From positions 1 to 64,000 of the forward strand of contig JBMORE010000053.1 of the NCBI GenBank assembly GCA_049322255.1: a stretch of DNA of 64,000 bases, read 5' to 3'. Below the pieces are notes generated by a model. The model saw only the letters and a program-made list of their open reading frames with translations. It was not told the DNA's origin and ran no database searches. This document shows positions 17,986 through 26,865 of the stretch, in pieces (position 1 is the stretch's first letter; the number at the start of each line of letters is the position of its first letter). The stretch is from Myxococcota bacterium (lineage in GTDB: Bacteria > Myxococcota > Myxococcia > Myxococcales > Myxococcaceae). A program made the translations under genes and the position numbers.

Positions 17986-18636
17986 TCAGCGCCTTAGCGC
18001 CGAGCCTCCCTCGTCGAGCCTCCGTAAAAAGCGCACCACCGCCTTGCCCACCTGCGGTAGCGAGCGGTGGAAGCGGGCATCGGCGCGTTCGACCACCTCG
18101 AGGGTTCCTCCCTGTTCGGCCACCGCGGCGGCGAGCGCGGCGCGTGGCAGGGTATCGTCCTCCTCGGCCACCACCACGCACACCGGAAGCTCGAGACGGA
18201 GTAAGTCCTCCGGGCGCAAGCCCACAGGAGCAATGAAACACAACCCGGCCAGCGCAGGGTGCTCCTTCGCGAGCCGCTTCGCCGTCGTCGACGTGCCGTC
18301 GACCGCTGCCACCGCCACGCGGGGCGTCCCGGTGTTCTCCTCGAGCAACCGCAGCGCTGCTTGGGCATCAGCAAGCAACGTTTCTCCGTTTGCGCGCTGC
18401 CCCTGACTGGCGCCGACGCCGCGAAAGTTGAAGCGCAAGGTGGGGTGACCGGCCTGGGCCGCCGCCCACACCACCTCGGCGCAGAGGACATGGTCCATGC
18501 TGCCCCCTTCGGAGGGCGAGGGCGGCAAAACGAGCAGCGGCGGGCACGCCTGGCCACGATGGGAGAGGCCCTCGAGCACGAGGTCGCCCACTGGAATCAG
18601 CGTGGGGCGTTCGAGAAATTGGCCTTTGGTCACCAT
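17986..18636 (-). CDS. Alpha/beta-hydrolase-fold protein, atypical nucleophile elbow
   Basis: GGSMDH, TLRFNFRGVGASQG motifs; AAVDG in place of GxSxG. Confidence 0.8.
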   Translation of the reverse strand: MVTKGQFLERPTLIPVGDLVLEGLSHRGQACPPLLVLPPSPSEGGSMDHVLCAEVVWAAAQAGHPTLRFNFRGVGASQGQRANGETLLADAQAALRLLEENTGTPRVAVAAVDGTSTTAKRLAKEHPALAGLCFIAPVGLRPEDLLRLELPVCVVVAEEDDTLPRAALAAAVAEQGGTLEVVERADARFHRSLPQVGKAVVRFLRRLDEGGSALRR

Positions 18637-18720
18637 TGCTTACGCAGTTGACTCTGTTGCGGATCTACGACTATCACTCGCGCGGTTTTGCCGGGAGGCT
18701 TTCACAAAATGGGGTGGCAA

Positions 18721-19305
18721 ATGAAGACCTGCTCTGTGGTCGTGTTCTGCGTAGTGGGGTTGATGACTGCTTCGTGCGGGTCGCCCAATCGGACCTACAA
18801 GATCGCGATCGACACGACGCCTGCACTCAGTAGCAACCTGCCTGCAAGTTGCTTCTTGAACAGCCAGAGGCCGACCACCAACCTCGTTCAGGCCGTCAAC
18901 GTTCGCGACGGCGCCGAGTGGGTCATTTGGGATGGACCAGAAGGCAAGCAGTTCCTCGACATCACCGGCAGCATTCCGGCCGGCGCTCAACTCGGCAACT
19001 CTCCAGCGTTGATGGTCGGGAGTATGATCGAATCGTCAGATTCACGGACATTCGCTCAGACGATCACCGAAACGGACACCGCGCCCGCGCCCGGCCAAGC
19101 CATCGCTACCGTTTCAACCAAGCTCACCATCAACTTCGACGATCTTGGGTCAACCGCCAGAGGGACAATCTCCATCATTAGTGAGTACGCCTGCGCTGGG
19201 ACGAATTGTCCAAATCCGGCCCCATACGTGAGCGTCTGCCAGGCTGTGCTTCCTTTCGTTGGTCGCCGCATCGATGTTCAGAACGAAGCGACCCACAAGT
19301 CATAG
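18721..19305 (+). CDS. Hypothetical lipoprotein
   Basis: Signal with MTASC lipobox; Ser/Thr-rich with Cys pairs; more A/T third positions than neighbours. Confidence 0.7.
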   Translation: MKTCSVVVFCVVGLMTASCGSPNRTYKIAIDTTPALSSNLPASCFLNSQRPTTNLVQAVNVRDGAEWVIWDGPEGKQFLDITGSIPAGAQLGNSPALMVGSMIESSDSRTFAQTITETDTAPAPGQAIATVSTKLTINFDDLGSTARGTISIISEYACAGTNCPNPAPYVSVCQAVLPFVGRRIDVQNEATHKS

Positions 19306-20499
19306 GACCACCCGCAGCACCAAAAACTTGAGGTAGCGGCCCTCCTTGAACTGCAAGCGAATGGGGTGGTCGGGGGGCTGGTAACGCTCCTCCACCAGCG
19401 CAAGCTCGACCCCGGCGTTGTAGGCGCCCTCTTTGACCGCCTCGAGGAAGGCCTCGGGGGTGACGCGTGCCGAGCACGAGGCAGTGGCGAGCAACCCATT
19501 GGGCCGAAGCACCGCGAGCGCCTGACGGTTGAGCGACGCGTAGCCGTCGAGCGCCGCCTGTACGGCACGCTGGCTCTTGGCGAACGCGGGAGGATCGAGA
19601 ATGACGAGGTCGAAGGTACGCTTCTCCGCTTTGAAGGAGCCGAGCAGATCGAATACGTCGGCGGCGAGAAAGTCGTGCCGCTCGGGGGCGAGGGCGTTTT
19701 GGGCGAAGTTCTCGCGGGCAAGGGCCACGGCGTCGGCGTCTTGGTCGACGGAAAAGACGCTCTTGGCGCCACCCAGCGCCGCGTTCACCGAAAACCCGCC
19801 GGTGAATGAAAAACAGTTGAGCACCTCGCGGTCCTTCGCCAAGTGGCGCACCAGGAAACGGTTCTCGCGCTGGTCGAGGAAGAAACCGGTCTTCTGTCCT
19901 CGGTACGCATCGACGAGAAAGGTAGCCCCCCGCTCACGGATCTCGATGAGCTCGGGCGCCGGGGGCCCCCAGAGCATGCGCCCTGAAGGTTTCTCCTCGT
20001 CGACGTCGGCGTCATCGCGGCCCAGCTCGTCGCGACCAATCACCCCGCGTAACCCCTCCACCGCGCCGCGCAGCGCCTCCACGATGAGCGGGCGATAGGG
20101 GTTGAGCCCCGCCGAATAGAGCTTGAGCACCGCCCAGCCAGCGTAGAGATCGACCACCACCCCCGGCAGCCCGTCACCCTCCCCGTGCAGGAGACGAAAG
20201 CTGTCGGTACCGGAAAAATCGATGAGTGCCCGCCGCTGCGCCAGCGCCGCTGTCACCCGACGGCTGAAGAAGGCGGCGTCGATCGTCTCCGAGGGGTCGC
20301 GGGTGAGCACGCGCACCGCGATCGCCGAGAGCGGGTCGTAATACCCTCGGGCGACGAACTTGCCGCCCTCCGTCAAGTCCACCACGCTGCCAGGAGGAAT
20401 CTTCGGCAGATGTGCGAGCGCCTTCTTGAAGACCCAGGGGTGCCCGGCGCGCAGGTGACGCCCCAGCCCCTTTTGCAGCTCCAGGCGCACCACGTTCAT
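19300..20499 (-). CDS. rlmI: 23S rRNA m5C1962-type methyltransferase (RlmI family)
   Basis: GHPWVF PUA domain, GQKTGFFLDQRENR, LNCFSFTGGF, LDPPAF. Confidence 0.9.
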   Translation of the reverse strand: MNVVRLELQKGLGRHLRAGHPWVFKKALAHLPKIPPGSVVDLTEGGKFVARGYYDPLSAIAVRVLTRDPSETIDAAFFSRRVTAALAQRRALIDFSGTDSFRLLHGEGDGLPGVVVDLYAGWAVLKLYSAGLNPYRPLIVEALRGAVEGLRGVIGRDELGRDDADVDEEKPSGRMLWGPPAPELIEIRERGATFLVDAYRGQKTGFFLDQRENRFLVRHLAKDREVLNCFSFTGGFSVNAALGGAKSVFSVDQDADAVALARENFAQNALAPERHDFLAADVFDLLGSFKAEKRTFDLVILDPPAFAKSQRAVQAALDGYASLNRQALAVLRPNGLLATASCSARVTPEAFLEAVKEGAYNAGVELALVEERYQPPDHPIRLQFKEGRYLKFLVLRVVL

Positions 20500-21314
20500 G
20501 GTGTGTCCCGGGCAACCAAAATCGCGGCGGCCAGCTCTTCGAAGCCCGCTCCCTCGGCGGCGGTGGTGATGAATGCCGGGGGGTGCTCGATGCGGCCGAG
20601 CACCTCGCGAACGTTGGCGACCCCCACCGAGAGCGGGAAGGCGGCGAACATCGGCGCATCGTTGAAGGAGTCGCCGGCGTAGACGAAGCGCGCGTCGTTC
20701 GCCGCCAATGACAGCTTCAGCTCGCGGCGCAGGTAGGCACGCACCATGGAGAGCTTGTCGAACTGGCCGATCCAACAGTTCACGTGCACCGAAGAGCGCA
20801 CCGCGTTCACTCCACGGTGAGCCAGGTGCGCCTCGAGCCGATCGGCCGCGCTCTGCCCCAGCTGCACCTCCTCGTTGTAGTCAATCGCCAGGTCGACCTC
20901 GGTGTGCGCGCTGTCAGAGGAGAGTCGCGCTCCTTTGACCAGGGCGAGGGCCTTTTGTACCTCCCGCCACAGGCGCACCCTGTTCCTTCGCCGCACGGCC
21001 TCGCTCTGCGCGTAGACCTTGACCAAGCGCCCTTGGCGGCGGGCGTAGTACAGCCCGCCGTTTTCGACGATCACCCCATCCACCGGCAAGGTCCGCGCCC
21101 AGCACTCCCCCCACCCCGCCGGCCGGCCGCTCACCAACACCACGCCCAGCCCTGCCCTCCTCAGCGCCTCGAGCGCCCCCACCGTGGACGACCGGAGCCG
21201 GTTTTCGGTAGTGAGGGTGCCGTCGACATCGGTGAAGACGGCGAGGACCCGCGAGAGGTCGGCACGGGCCACTTCTTTGGGCATGCGAGGTGCCCTTTGC
21301 GCCATCGATCTCAA
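20496..21314 (-). CDS. HAD-IIB family hydrolase
   Basis: FTDVDGTL, SGR, GDSFND motifs. Confidence 0.9.
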   Translation of the reverse strand: MRSMAQRAPRMPKEVARADLSRVLAVFTDVDGTLTTENRLRSSTVGALEALRRAGLGVVLVSGRPAGWGECWARTLPVDGVIVENGGLYYARRQGRLVKVYAQSEAVRRRNRVRLWREVQKALALVKGARLSSDSAHTEVDLAIDYNEEVQLGQSAADRLEAHLAHRGVNAVRSSVHVNCWIGQFDKLSMVRAYLRRELKLSLAANDARFVYAGDSFNDAPMFAAFPLSVGVANVREVLGRIEHPPAFITTAAEGAGFEELAAAILVARDTP

Positions 21315-22486
21315 TGGAGCGCCAGGGCCGCGAGCAACTCGGTGAAACGCTGCAACTCGGACTGCAGTTGCTCCCGACCTAAGCTGACGGGAGGGTTCTT
21401 CTTCGCACGGCGAAGGTATGCGTCGAGCTCGTTTTCGCGGCCATACAGCCCATGCGCACGGGTGATTGCCTGGCTGAAGGTAGCGCAGGCCAGCTTGAGG
21501 TCAGACGCGGCCTGCTGCAGCGCCCGCTCGATCATCACCCCGCACGCCGCCGAGACTTCGCGATCGTGCCAGAGAAAGATCTCCCGCTGGTTGACCTGGG
21601 CGAGCGACTCGACGAACTGAACGAACGGCTCGACCAACGCCTTGAGCTCCTTTTGCGCCAGGTGCGGGCGCTGCCCATGCTCATTCAGGGTCTGTCGAAA
21701 CTCGACCAGCACCCGTTTGTCCTGTGCGCGCATCGCCCTGTACGCTGCCGTGCGCCCAAAGGCGTCCAGCTCCTTTTGCAGCTGCTGGACGTTCCATTGC
21801 ACATCTTCTAGTTCCGCTTCATCGACGGACGCGCGCCGCGCCTGCAACACGCGAATCAGGTCTGCCACCGCTGCCCGCACCCCGACCGCGGCCGCGACCT
21901 CTTCGTCGTAGAAAGGCACCACGTCCTTGCGGTGCACCTCGACGAAAGCCGAGGCGGTGTCGTACACCATGGTGCCGATTTCCTCCCGGAAACGCGATCG
22001 AAACGCCTGCAGATCGGCGAGCAGGTTCCAGCGGTCAGACACGACCTGGGGGCTGCGCATGCGTTCCCCCAGTTGGGTGACCTGCTGCGCAAGCGCGTTG
22101 CAGGCTGCTTGGAGCGCCTCCTCAGCTTGTCCCGCCCGGTGAGCGTCGACCGGCTTGCCCGCCTCCTCAGCCACGCGCGCCAATACATCGCCCAATCCAC
22201 CCGGCGGGTGTGCGGGGAAATGCTCCCGAATCACCATCAAAAGCGCATTCACGTCCACCACCGTGTCGCGGATGACCGGAGCCATCTCCTCCCACAGGGC
22301 GAGGTCGGGGGAGCTCTCCACGGCAGCGCTCTCGTACTTCACCAGGTCGATGTCCGACAGGCGTTGAATGGCGGTGGCGGCAGCCAGGTACACCTGGCGC
22401 AGCTTGGCCGCGTACTCGCGGTCAGGCAGGCCTCCGAGTACCTCTTCCAAGCGCGGCGAGAGCGTGAGCAGGCCTTCAGCTTCCAC
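21311..22486 (-). CDS. Hypothetical all-helical protein
   Basis: 391-aa ORF with protein-like composition, ATTGA/TTGA overlap with the HAD gene; no recognised motif. Confidence 0.75.
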   Translation of the reverse strand: MEAEGLLTLSPRLEEVLGGLPDREYAAKLRQVYLAAATAIQRLSDIDLVKYESAAVESSPDLALWEEMAPVIRDTVVDVNALLMVIREHFPAHPPGGLGDVLARVAEEAGKPVDAHRAGQAEEALQAACNALAQQVTQLGERMRSPQVVSDRWNLLADLQAFRSRFREEIGTMVYDTASAFVEVHRKDVVPFYDEEVAAAVGVRAAVADLIRVLQARRASVDEAELEDVQWNVQQLQKELDAFGRTAAYRAMRAQDKRVLVEFRQTLNEHGQRPHLAQKELKALVEPFVQFVESLAQVNQREIFLWHDREVSAACGVMIERALQQAASDLKLACATFSQAITRAHGLYGRENELDAYLRRAKKNPPVSLGREQLQSELQRFTELLAALALH

Positions 22487-22544
22487 GACAGTGACAGTCT
22501 AAGCGCAACTCGTCGCGCGCGCCGGGTTTTGGTACACGCCCCGC

Positions 22545-23492
22545 ATGGTTTCTATTCATGTTGTCGACCCCGAGGGACGCCTCGAGCAGGGGGGAGAAGC
22601 GCTCATCGACCGGCCAGGTATCAAATGGATCGACGTCGAAGGCCCTGACGCGCCGACGCTCGAGCACCTGGCTACCCGATTCGGGTTGCACAAGCTGGCG
22701 GTCGAAGACTGCCTTCACCTCGACCAGCGGCCAAAGCTCGAGGAGTACCCCAACCACCTGTTCGTCGTGATGCAGAGCTTCACCGCCGCGCCCGACGACC
22801 TCTGTGCGCTCCAGTTCCACGAAATGCACTTCCTGCTCGGGCCTGACTGGGTCATCTCGGTGCATGAGCAAGCCAGCGTGGCGTGCGAAACGGCGCGAAA
22901 GCGCCTCCAGACTGAACCGGGGCAGACCTTGGGACGTGGACCGGACTTCGCCATGTACATGCTCGCCGACGCGCTGGTGGACCAGAACTTCTCCATCCTC
23001 GACCGCTTCAATGACGAGCTGGAGGACTTGGAGGACCGCATCTTCTCGGCGCCCGAGCAACGCCACCTAGAACGAATCTCCCAGCTCAAGCGGAGCCTGG
23101 TGTGGGTACGCCGGGTGCTCTCGCCGCAACGGGACATCGTCGGCCTGTTGTCGCGCCGAGGCCTACCGTTCGTCCAAGAGCGCACCACGCTCTACTTCCG
23201 CGACGTCTTCGACCACTTGGTGCGCGTATACGAGCAAATCGAGGCCGGGCGCGATTTGGTGGCCAACGCGATGGAGGCCTACCTCTCGGTCATGGCCAAT
23301 CGAACCAACGACATCACCAAGCAGCTCACCATCTTCGCCTCGATCTTCCTTCCCCTCTCCTTTCTCACCGGCTTTTTTGGACAGAACTTCGAGGTGCTCT
23401 CTCAACCCATCTTTCTGTGGGGTGTCGTCGGGTTGACGGTTGGCTTGCCGGTGGGGCTCCTCGGTTGGTTCAAATACCGAGGCTGGCTGTGA
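22545..23492 (+). CDS. corA: CorA-family divalent cation transporter (GQN signature)
   Basis: FGLHKLAVED..QRPKLEEY, YFRDVFDHL, LTIFASIFLPLSFLTGFFGQNF. Confidence 0.93.
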   Translation: MVSIHVVDPEGRLEQGGEALIDRPGIKWIDVEGPDAPTLEHLATRFGLHKLAVEDCLHLDQRPKLEEYPNHLFVVMQSFTAAPDDLCALQFHEMHFLLGPDWVISVHEQASVACETARKRLQTEPGQTLGRGPDFAMYMLADALVDQNFSILDRFNDELEDLEDRIFSAPEQRHLERISQLKRSLVWVRRVLSPQRDIVGLLSRRGLPFVQERTTLYFRDVFDHLVRVYEQIEAGRDLVANAMEAYLSVMANRTNDITKQLTIFASIFLPLSFLTGFFGQNFEVLSQPIFLWGVVGLTVGLPVGLLGWFKYRGWL

Positions 23493-23505
23493 ACGAGGAG
23501 GCCCT

Positions 23506-24291
23506 TTGCCCACGCTGAACCGAGACGGTATCACCCTGCATTACCTCGACGAGGGCAAGGGCCCCCCGCTGCTCCTGCTCCATGCCTTCCCCCTGAGCGT
23601 GGACAGCTTCTGGCCGCAGCTTCAATCGCTCACCGTCAACTACCGCCTGATCGTCCCCGACCAGCGTGGCTTCGGTAAAAGCGGCGTCGGCGAAGGTGCT
23701 TCGCAGATGTCGATGCTCGCCGAGGACGCCTCGGCGATTCTCGACGCTTGCGGCATCTCTTCGGCGGTGGTCTGCGGGGTATCGATGGGAGGGTACGTGG
23801 CCATGGCCCTCTTGCGTCTGGACCCTGGGCGAGTACGGGCGCTGGTCCTCATCGACACTCAAGCCGGCGCCGACGACGAGGCGGGGAAGGCCAAGCGGGA
23901 GGAGACCGCCCGCGCAGTGGAGCAACAAGGCACCCAAGTGCTGGTGGAGTCGCTCTTGCCGCGCCTGCTGTCGCCGCGCGCCAAGCCGGAGGTGAAGGAT
24001 CGCCTACGGCGTGACATCTTGGCCAACTCTCCCCGAGGCGTAGCGGCGGCGCTGCGTGGCATGGCCCTACGCCTCGACAGCAGAGACATACTCACGCGCT
24101 ACGGCGGACCCGCGCTGGTCGTGATCGGCGAAGAAGATGTGATCACCCCGCCGGCCAAGGCCGAAGAGATGGTCAAACTCATCGGCGGAGCGAAAATGGC
24201 GCGCATTCCCGGCGCCGGGCACCTGTCCCATCTCGAAGCGCCTGAAATCTTTCACCGCAAGCTTCACGCGTTCCTCACCCAACTCCAATAG
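23506..24291 (+). CDS. Alpha/beta hydrolase (PcaD-like enol-lactonase family)
   Basis: LLHAFP, PDQRGFG, GVSMGG, GEED, AGH; GAGGAG RBS before TTG. Confidence 0.9.
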   Translation: MPTLNRDGITLHYLDEGKGPPLLLLHAFPLSVDSFWPQLQSLTVNYRLIVPDQRGFGKSGVGEGASQMSMLAEDASAILDACGISSAVVCGVSMGGYVAMALLRLDPGRVRALVLIDTQAGADDEAGKAKREETARAVEQQGTQVLVESLLPRLLSPRAKPEVKDRLRRDILANSPRGVAAALRGMALRLDSRDILTRYGGPALVVIGEEDVITPPAKAEEMVKLIGGAKMARIPGAGHLSHLEAPEIFHRKLHAFLTQLQ

Positions 24292-24325
24292 AACGAGGGC
24301 AGAAGAAAACTGCGGCGACCGCGTT

Positions 24326-24380
24326 CCGACGAAGGGCCCGGTGTGCGAAAGGAGCAATCGCATCACCGGGCCTTCGTTGG
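24326..24380. terminator. Long imperfect hairpin between convergent genes
   Basis: CCGACGAAGGGCCCGGTG-TGCGA ... TCGCA-TCACCGGGCCTTCGTTGG. Confidence 0.65.
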
Positions 24381-24389
24381 TCGTTCACT

Positions 24390-24896
24390 TCAGGCAGGGA
24401 CCGAGCTCGAGTCCTCGGATTCGCTCCGTGGGTCAAACTCATCGCCATTGTGGCCGTTCTTCGGCTTGCGTGAGCCCGTCGAGAAGAACTCGACCACCGG
24501 CTCCAAGTCCTTAGCGAGCCGAATGTCCAGCCGGCTCATCGCAGTCAGAGCCGAGTAGCATGCTGTTGCCATCGACCAAGTCTTCGACTGGGCATCGAAC
24601 AGACTGTCATCGAGGGCCACAAACAGCCGCTCGGCCTTGTCGCGCAGCGGGCGAATACGCGCCGCTCGCGTCAGTTGTTCTTGAATCTGCTCCGCGTCGA
24701 CGGGCAGTTTCACCGCATGGCGTACCATGACATCCGCCAGATGGAGAGCAACCCACTCGCCGTCGGAGCGCATCTTAAGCATCTCCCCCCGGTTGTCGAT
24801 GTGGATGGCGAACTGGTCGACGCTCTCCAGCGCGGCGTCGATGTGGCGCTCTGTCTCTTGGAACTGCTTGGGAGTGATGCAACCTTTGTTGGACAT
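24390..24896 (-). CDS. Hypothetical helical protein
   Basis: 168 aa; GGAGGA RBS before the ATG. Confidence 0.7.
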   Translation of the reverse strand: MSNKGCITPKQFQETERHIDAALESVDQFAIHIDNRGEMLKMRSDGEWVALHLADVMVRHAVKLPVDAEQIQEQLTRAARIRPLRDKAERLFVALDDSLFDAQSKTWSMATACYSALTAMSRLDIRLAKDLEPVVEFFSTGSRKPKNGHNGDEFDPRSESEDSSSVPA

Positions 24897-25076
24897 GTTC
24901 GTCCTCCGTTTTGGTCCGGCCTATCCGGACGTCCGCGCGAGACTTCACAGGGCGTGCCCAACGTCGCGGTGCTGTAACCATCGGCAAACGCAGACAAAAA
25001 TTGGCGGCGGTCCTGCGGGCTACCGTCTCGCAGGCCACGAAAGGACCGTCGCCACGGACGATTGGCGGCGGATGGA

Positions 25077-25186
25077 CGAGAATTCTCATCGTCAGGGTTC
25101 GACGTCGAGCCCAGAACTCGAGAATTCTCGACCTCCGGGTTCGAAGACGAACCAAAAGTCGAATTTTCCGTTCGTTGGGCTCGATC
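25077..25186. repeat. Degenerate ~42-bp tandem repeat with palindromic GAGAATTCTC cores
   Basis: GAGAATTCTC at 25078 and 25120; GGGTTCGA at 25095 and 25137; decayed third unit from ~25160. Confidence 0.65.
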
Positions 25187-25307
25187 CCGCGAATGGTCGG
25201 TTCGCGGCATGCAACCCTCGACAGAGGCTACCCATATTCACCCGTCCTACGATGGGGAAGGGAGTCAACGGAAAGTGGGCAGCGGAGTGTTGTCTACCGC
25301 GCGCCCG

Positions 25308-25685
25308 CTATGGCTGACAGAGCACTTGCTCGCCCGACACCGTGCAGGAGCGACAAGTGTTCGTCTGCACCAGCTGGCCCTGGCGACACTCGAGAGTGGC
25401 CGTGCCGCCGCTGGCACACAGGCCCTTCCCTTCGGCAGTGGAGGCGCAGGCGTCGCCCGCGTTGTTGGCGCTCATGTCACACTTGATGATGTCGCCCTCG
25501 CGCTTGCAGCCGTTGGGACCACGGCAAGGCAGAATCGTCCATCTCCCTGCCTTGCACTCCATGGCCGACGAGCCATCGACGCAAAGAAACCCCGTCTGAT
25601 CGCAAGAATCACCCGGCTGGGGGCCTCCGCAGGCGGGCAAAACAGAGGCCACCGCCGCCAACAAAATCACCTGAACACGATGCAT
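25308..25685 (-). CDS. Cys-rich lipoprotein
   Basis: Lipobox LPAC; two similar GDxC-x5/7-G(F/L)C..ECxxG units. Confidence 0.8.
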   Translation of the reverse strand: MHRVQVILLAAVASVLPACGGPQPGDSCDQTGFLCVDGSSAMECKAGRWTILPCRGPNGCKREGDIIKCDMSANNAGDACASTAEGKGLCASGGTATLECRQGQLVQTNTCRSCTVSGEQVLCQP

Positions 25686-25753
25686 GCGCTTTCCCAAGTG
25701 AGTGAAATCCGGCCGGACGAGGCGGCGGACTATGGTCGGCGGCCGAGGAAGAA

Positions 25754-26767
25754 TCAACTCCCCAACGTTTCGGAGAAGAAGCGCCGGAAGTTCACCCCCA
25801 GGACTTTTTCCACCCTCGCCTCGGAGTGCCCGCGGCGCAAGAGCGCCTCCGTCAGCCGCGGCAGATCGCGCACGTCGCGCATGCCCTCGGGCAGAGGCAC
25901 CATGCCGTCGAAGTCCGACCCCAGCGCGACACTCTCCTCGCCCATGACATCGAGCGCGTGCTCGATGTGACGAACCACATCGTCCATCAGGCGTCCCCCC
26001 AGGTAGACCGTTGCGAAGATGATGCCCATCACTCCTCCTTTGTCGGCGATTTTTCGCAACGCCTCATCGGGGAGGTTCCGCCACGAGGGCGCCGCGCCAA
26101 AAACACCGCCATGCGAGCAAAACGGTCGCGCGGTGGGGTGAGCCAAGACATCGGCCAACGTCTTGGGCGATGCGTGGGCCACGTCGACCGTCATACCCGC
26201 CGCGACCATCTCGTCGAGCACCGACCGGCCCAGCGGCGTCAAGCCGCGGTTGCCCATCAGCGGGAAGGAGGACCCGCCCAGCTCGTTGTTCCCCAGGTGC
26301 GTCAGGCTCATGAAGCGAACCTTGCGCGCGTACAGCTCACGCACCCGCTCCACCCTTCCTTCGAGCGCGTGTGCGCCTTCGATGCCAATCACCGCCGACA
26401 ACCGGCCCTGGCGGAGGTTGTCTTCCAGCTCTTGTGCGCTCGACGCCAAGGCTACCTTCCCCCCTGAGCGTGCGCAGAATTCGGAGAGCCGCTCGATCTG
26501 CCAGGAGGCGCGTGCCCACTCGCCTCTTCGCGCCGCGCGCGGCCACCCACGGTGCGCGGCGAACAAGGGAAAGCCGCCGACGAAGGGGAAGCCGCGCGTC
26601 ACCACGGTGAAGCATTGAATCTTCACCCCCGCTTCGATGAGCCGCGGAAAGTCGACATGGCCTTCCTCCGACGCGACAGAGAGATCTCGGTTCCACATCA
26701 GCGAATCGGCGTGGCCATCGGCGATGCACGTGCGCCGATGCAGGGCGGCGATCGGGTCGTTCACCAT
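25754..26767 (-). CDS. Membrane/renal dipeptidase (M19)
   Basis: DGHAD, IEG, VDVAH, SH, RNLPD, LGSDFDG. Confidence 0.93.
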   Translation of the reverse strand: MVNDPIAALHRRTCIADGHADSLMWNRDLSVASEEGHVDFPRLIEAGVKIQCFTVVTRGFPFVGGFPLFAAHRGWPRAARRGEWARASWQIERLSEFCARSGGKVALASSAQELEDNLRQGRLSAVIGIEGAHALEGRVERVRELYARKVRFMSLTHLGNNELGGSSFPLMGNRGLTPLGRSVLDEMVAAGMTVDVAHASPKTLADVLAHPTARPFCSHGGVFGAAPSWRNLPDEALRKIADKGGVMGIIFATVYLGGRLMDDVVRHIEHALDVMGEESVALGSDFDGMVPLPEGMRDVRDLPRLTEALLRRGHSEARVEKVLGVNFRRFFSETLGS

Positions 26768-26865
26768 CGTGGCTCCCGTAGCAGGTTTACGCCGGGAGCG
26801 GCCACCTAAGAGGAGACGCGTGGCACTGGCATCTCGCCTACCGCCAAAGATAGGGTGCCCGCCCT

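Noticed and set aside
25077..25186. Mini CRISPR array
   Set aside because: Repeats are short and degenerate, the spacers resemble each other, and there are no cas genes.
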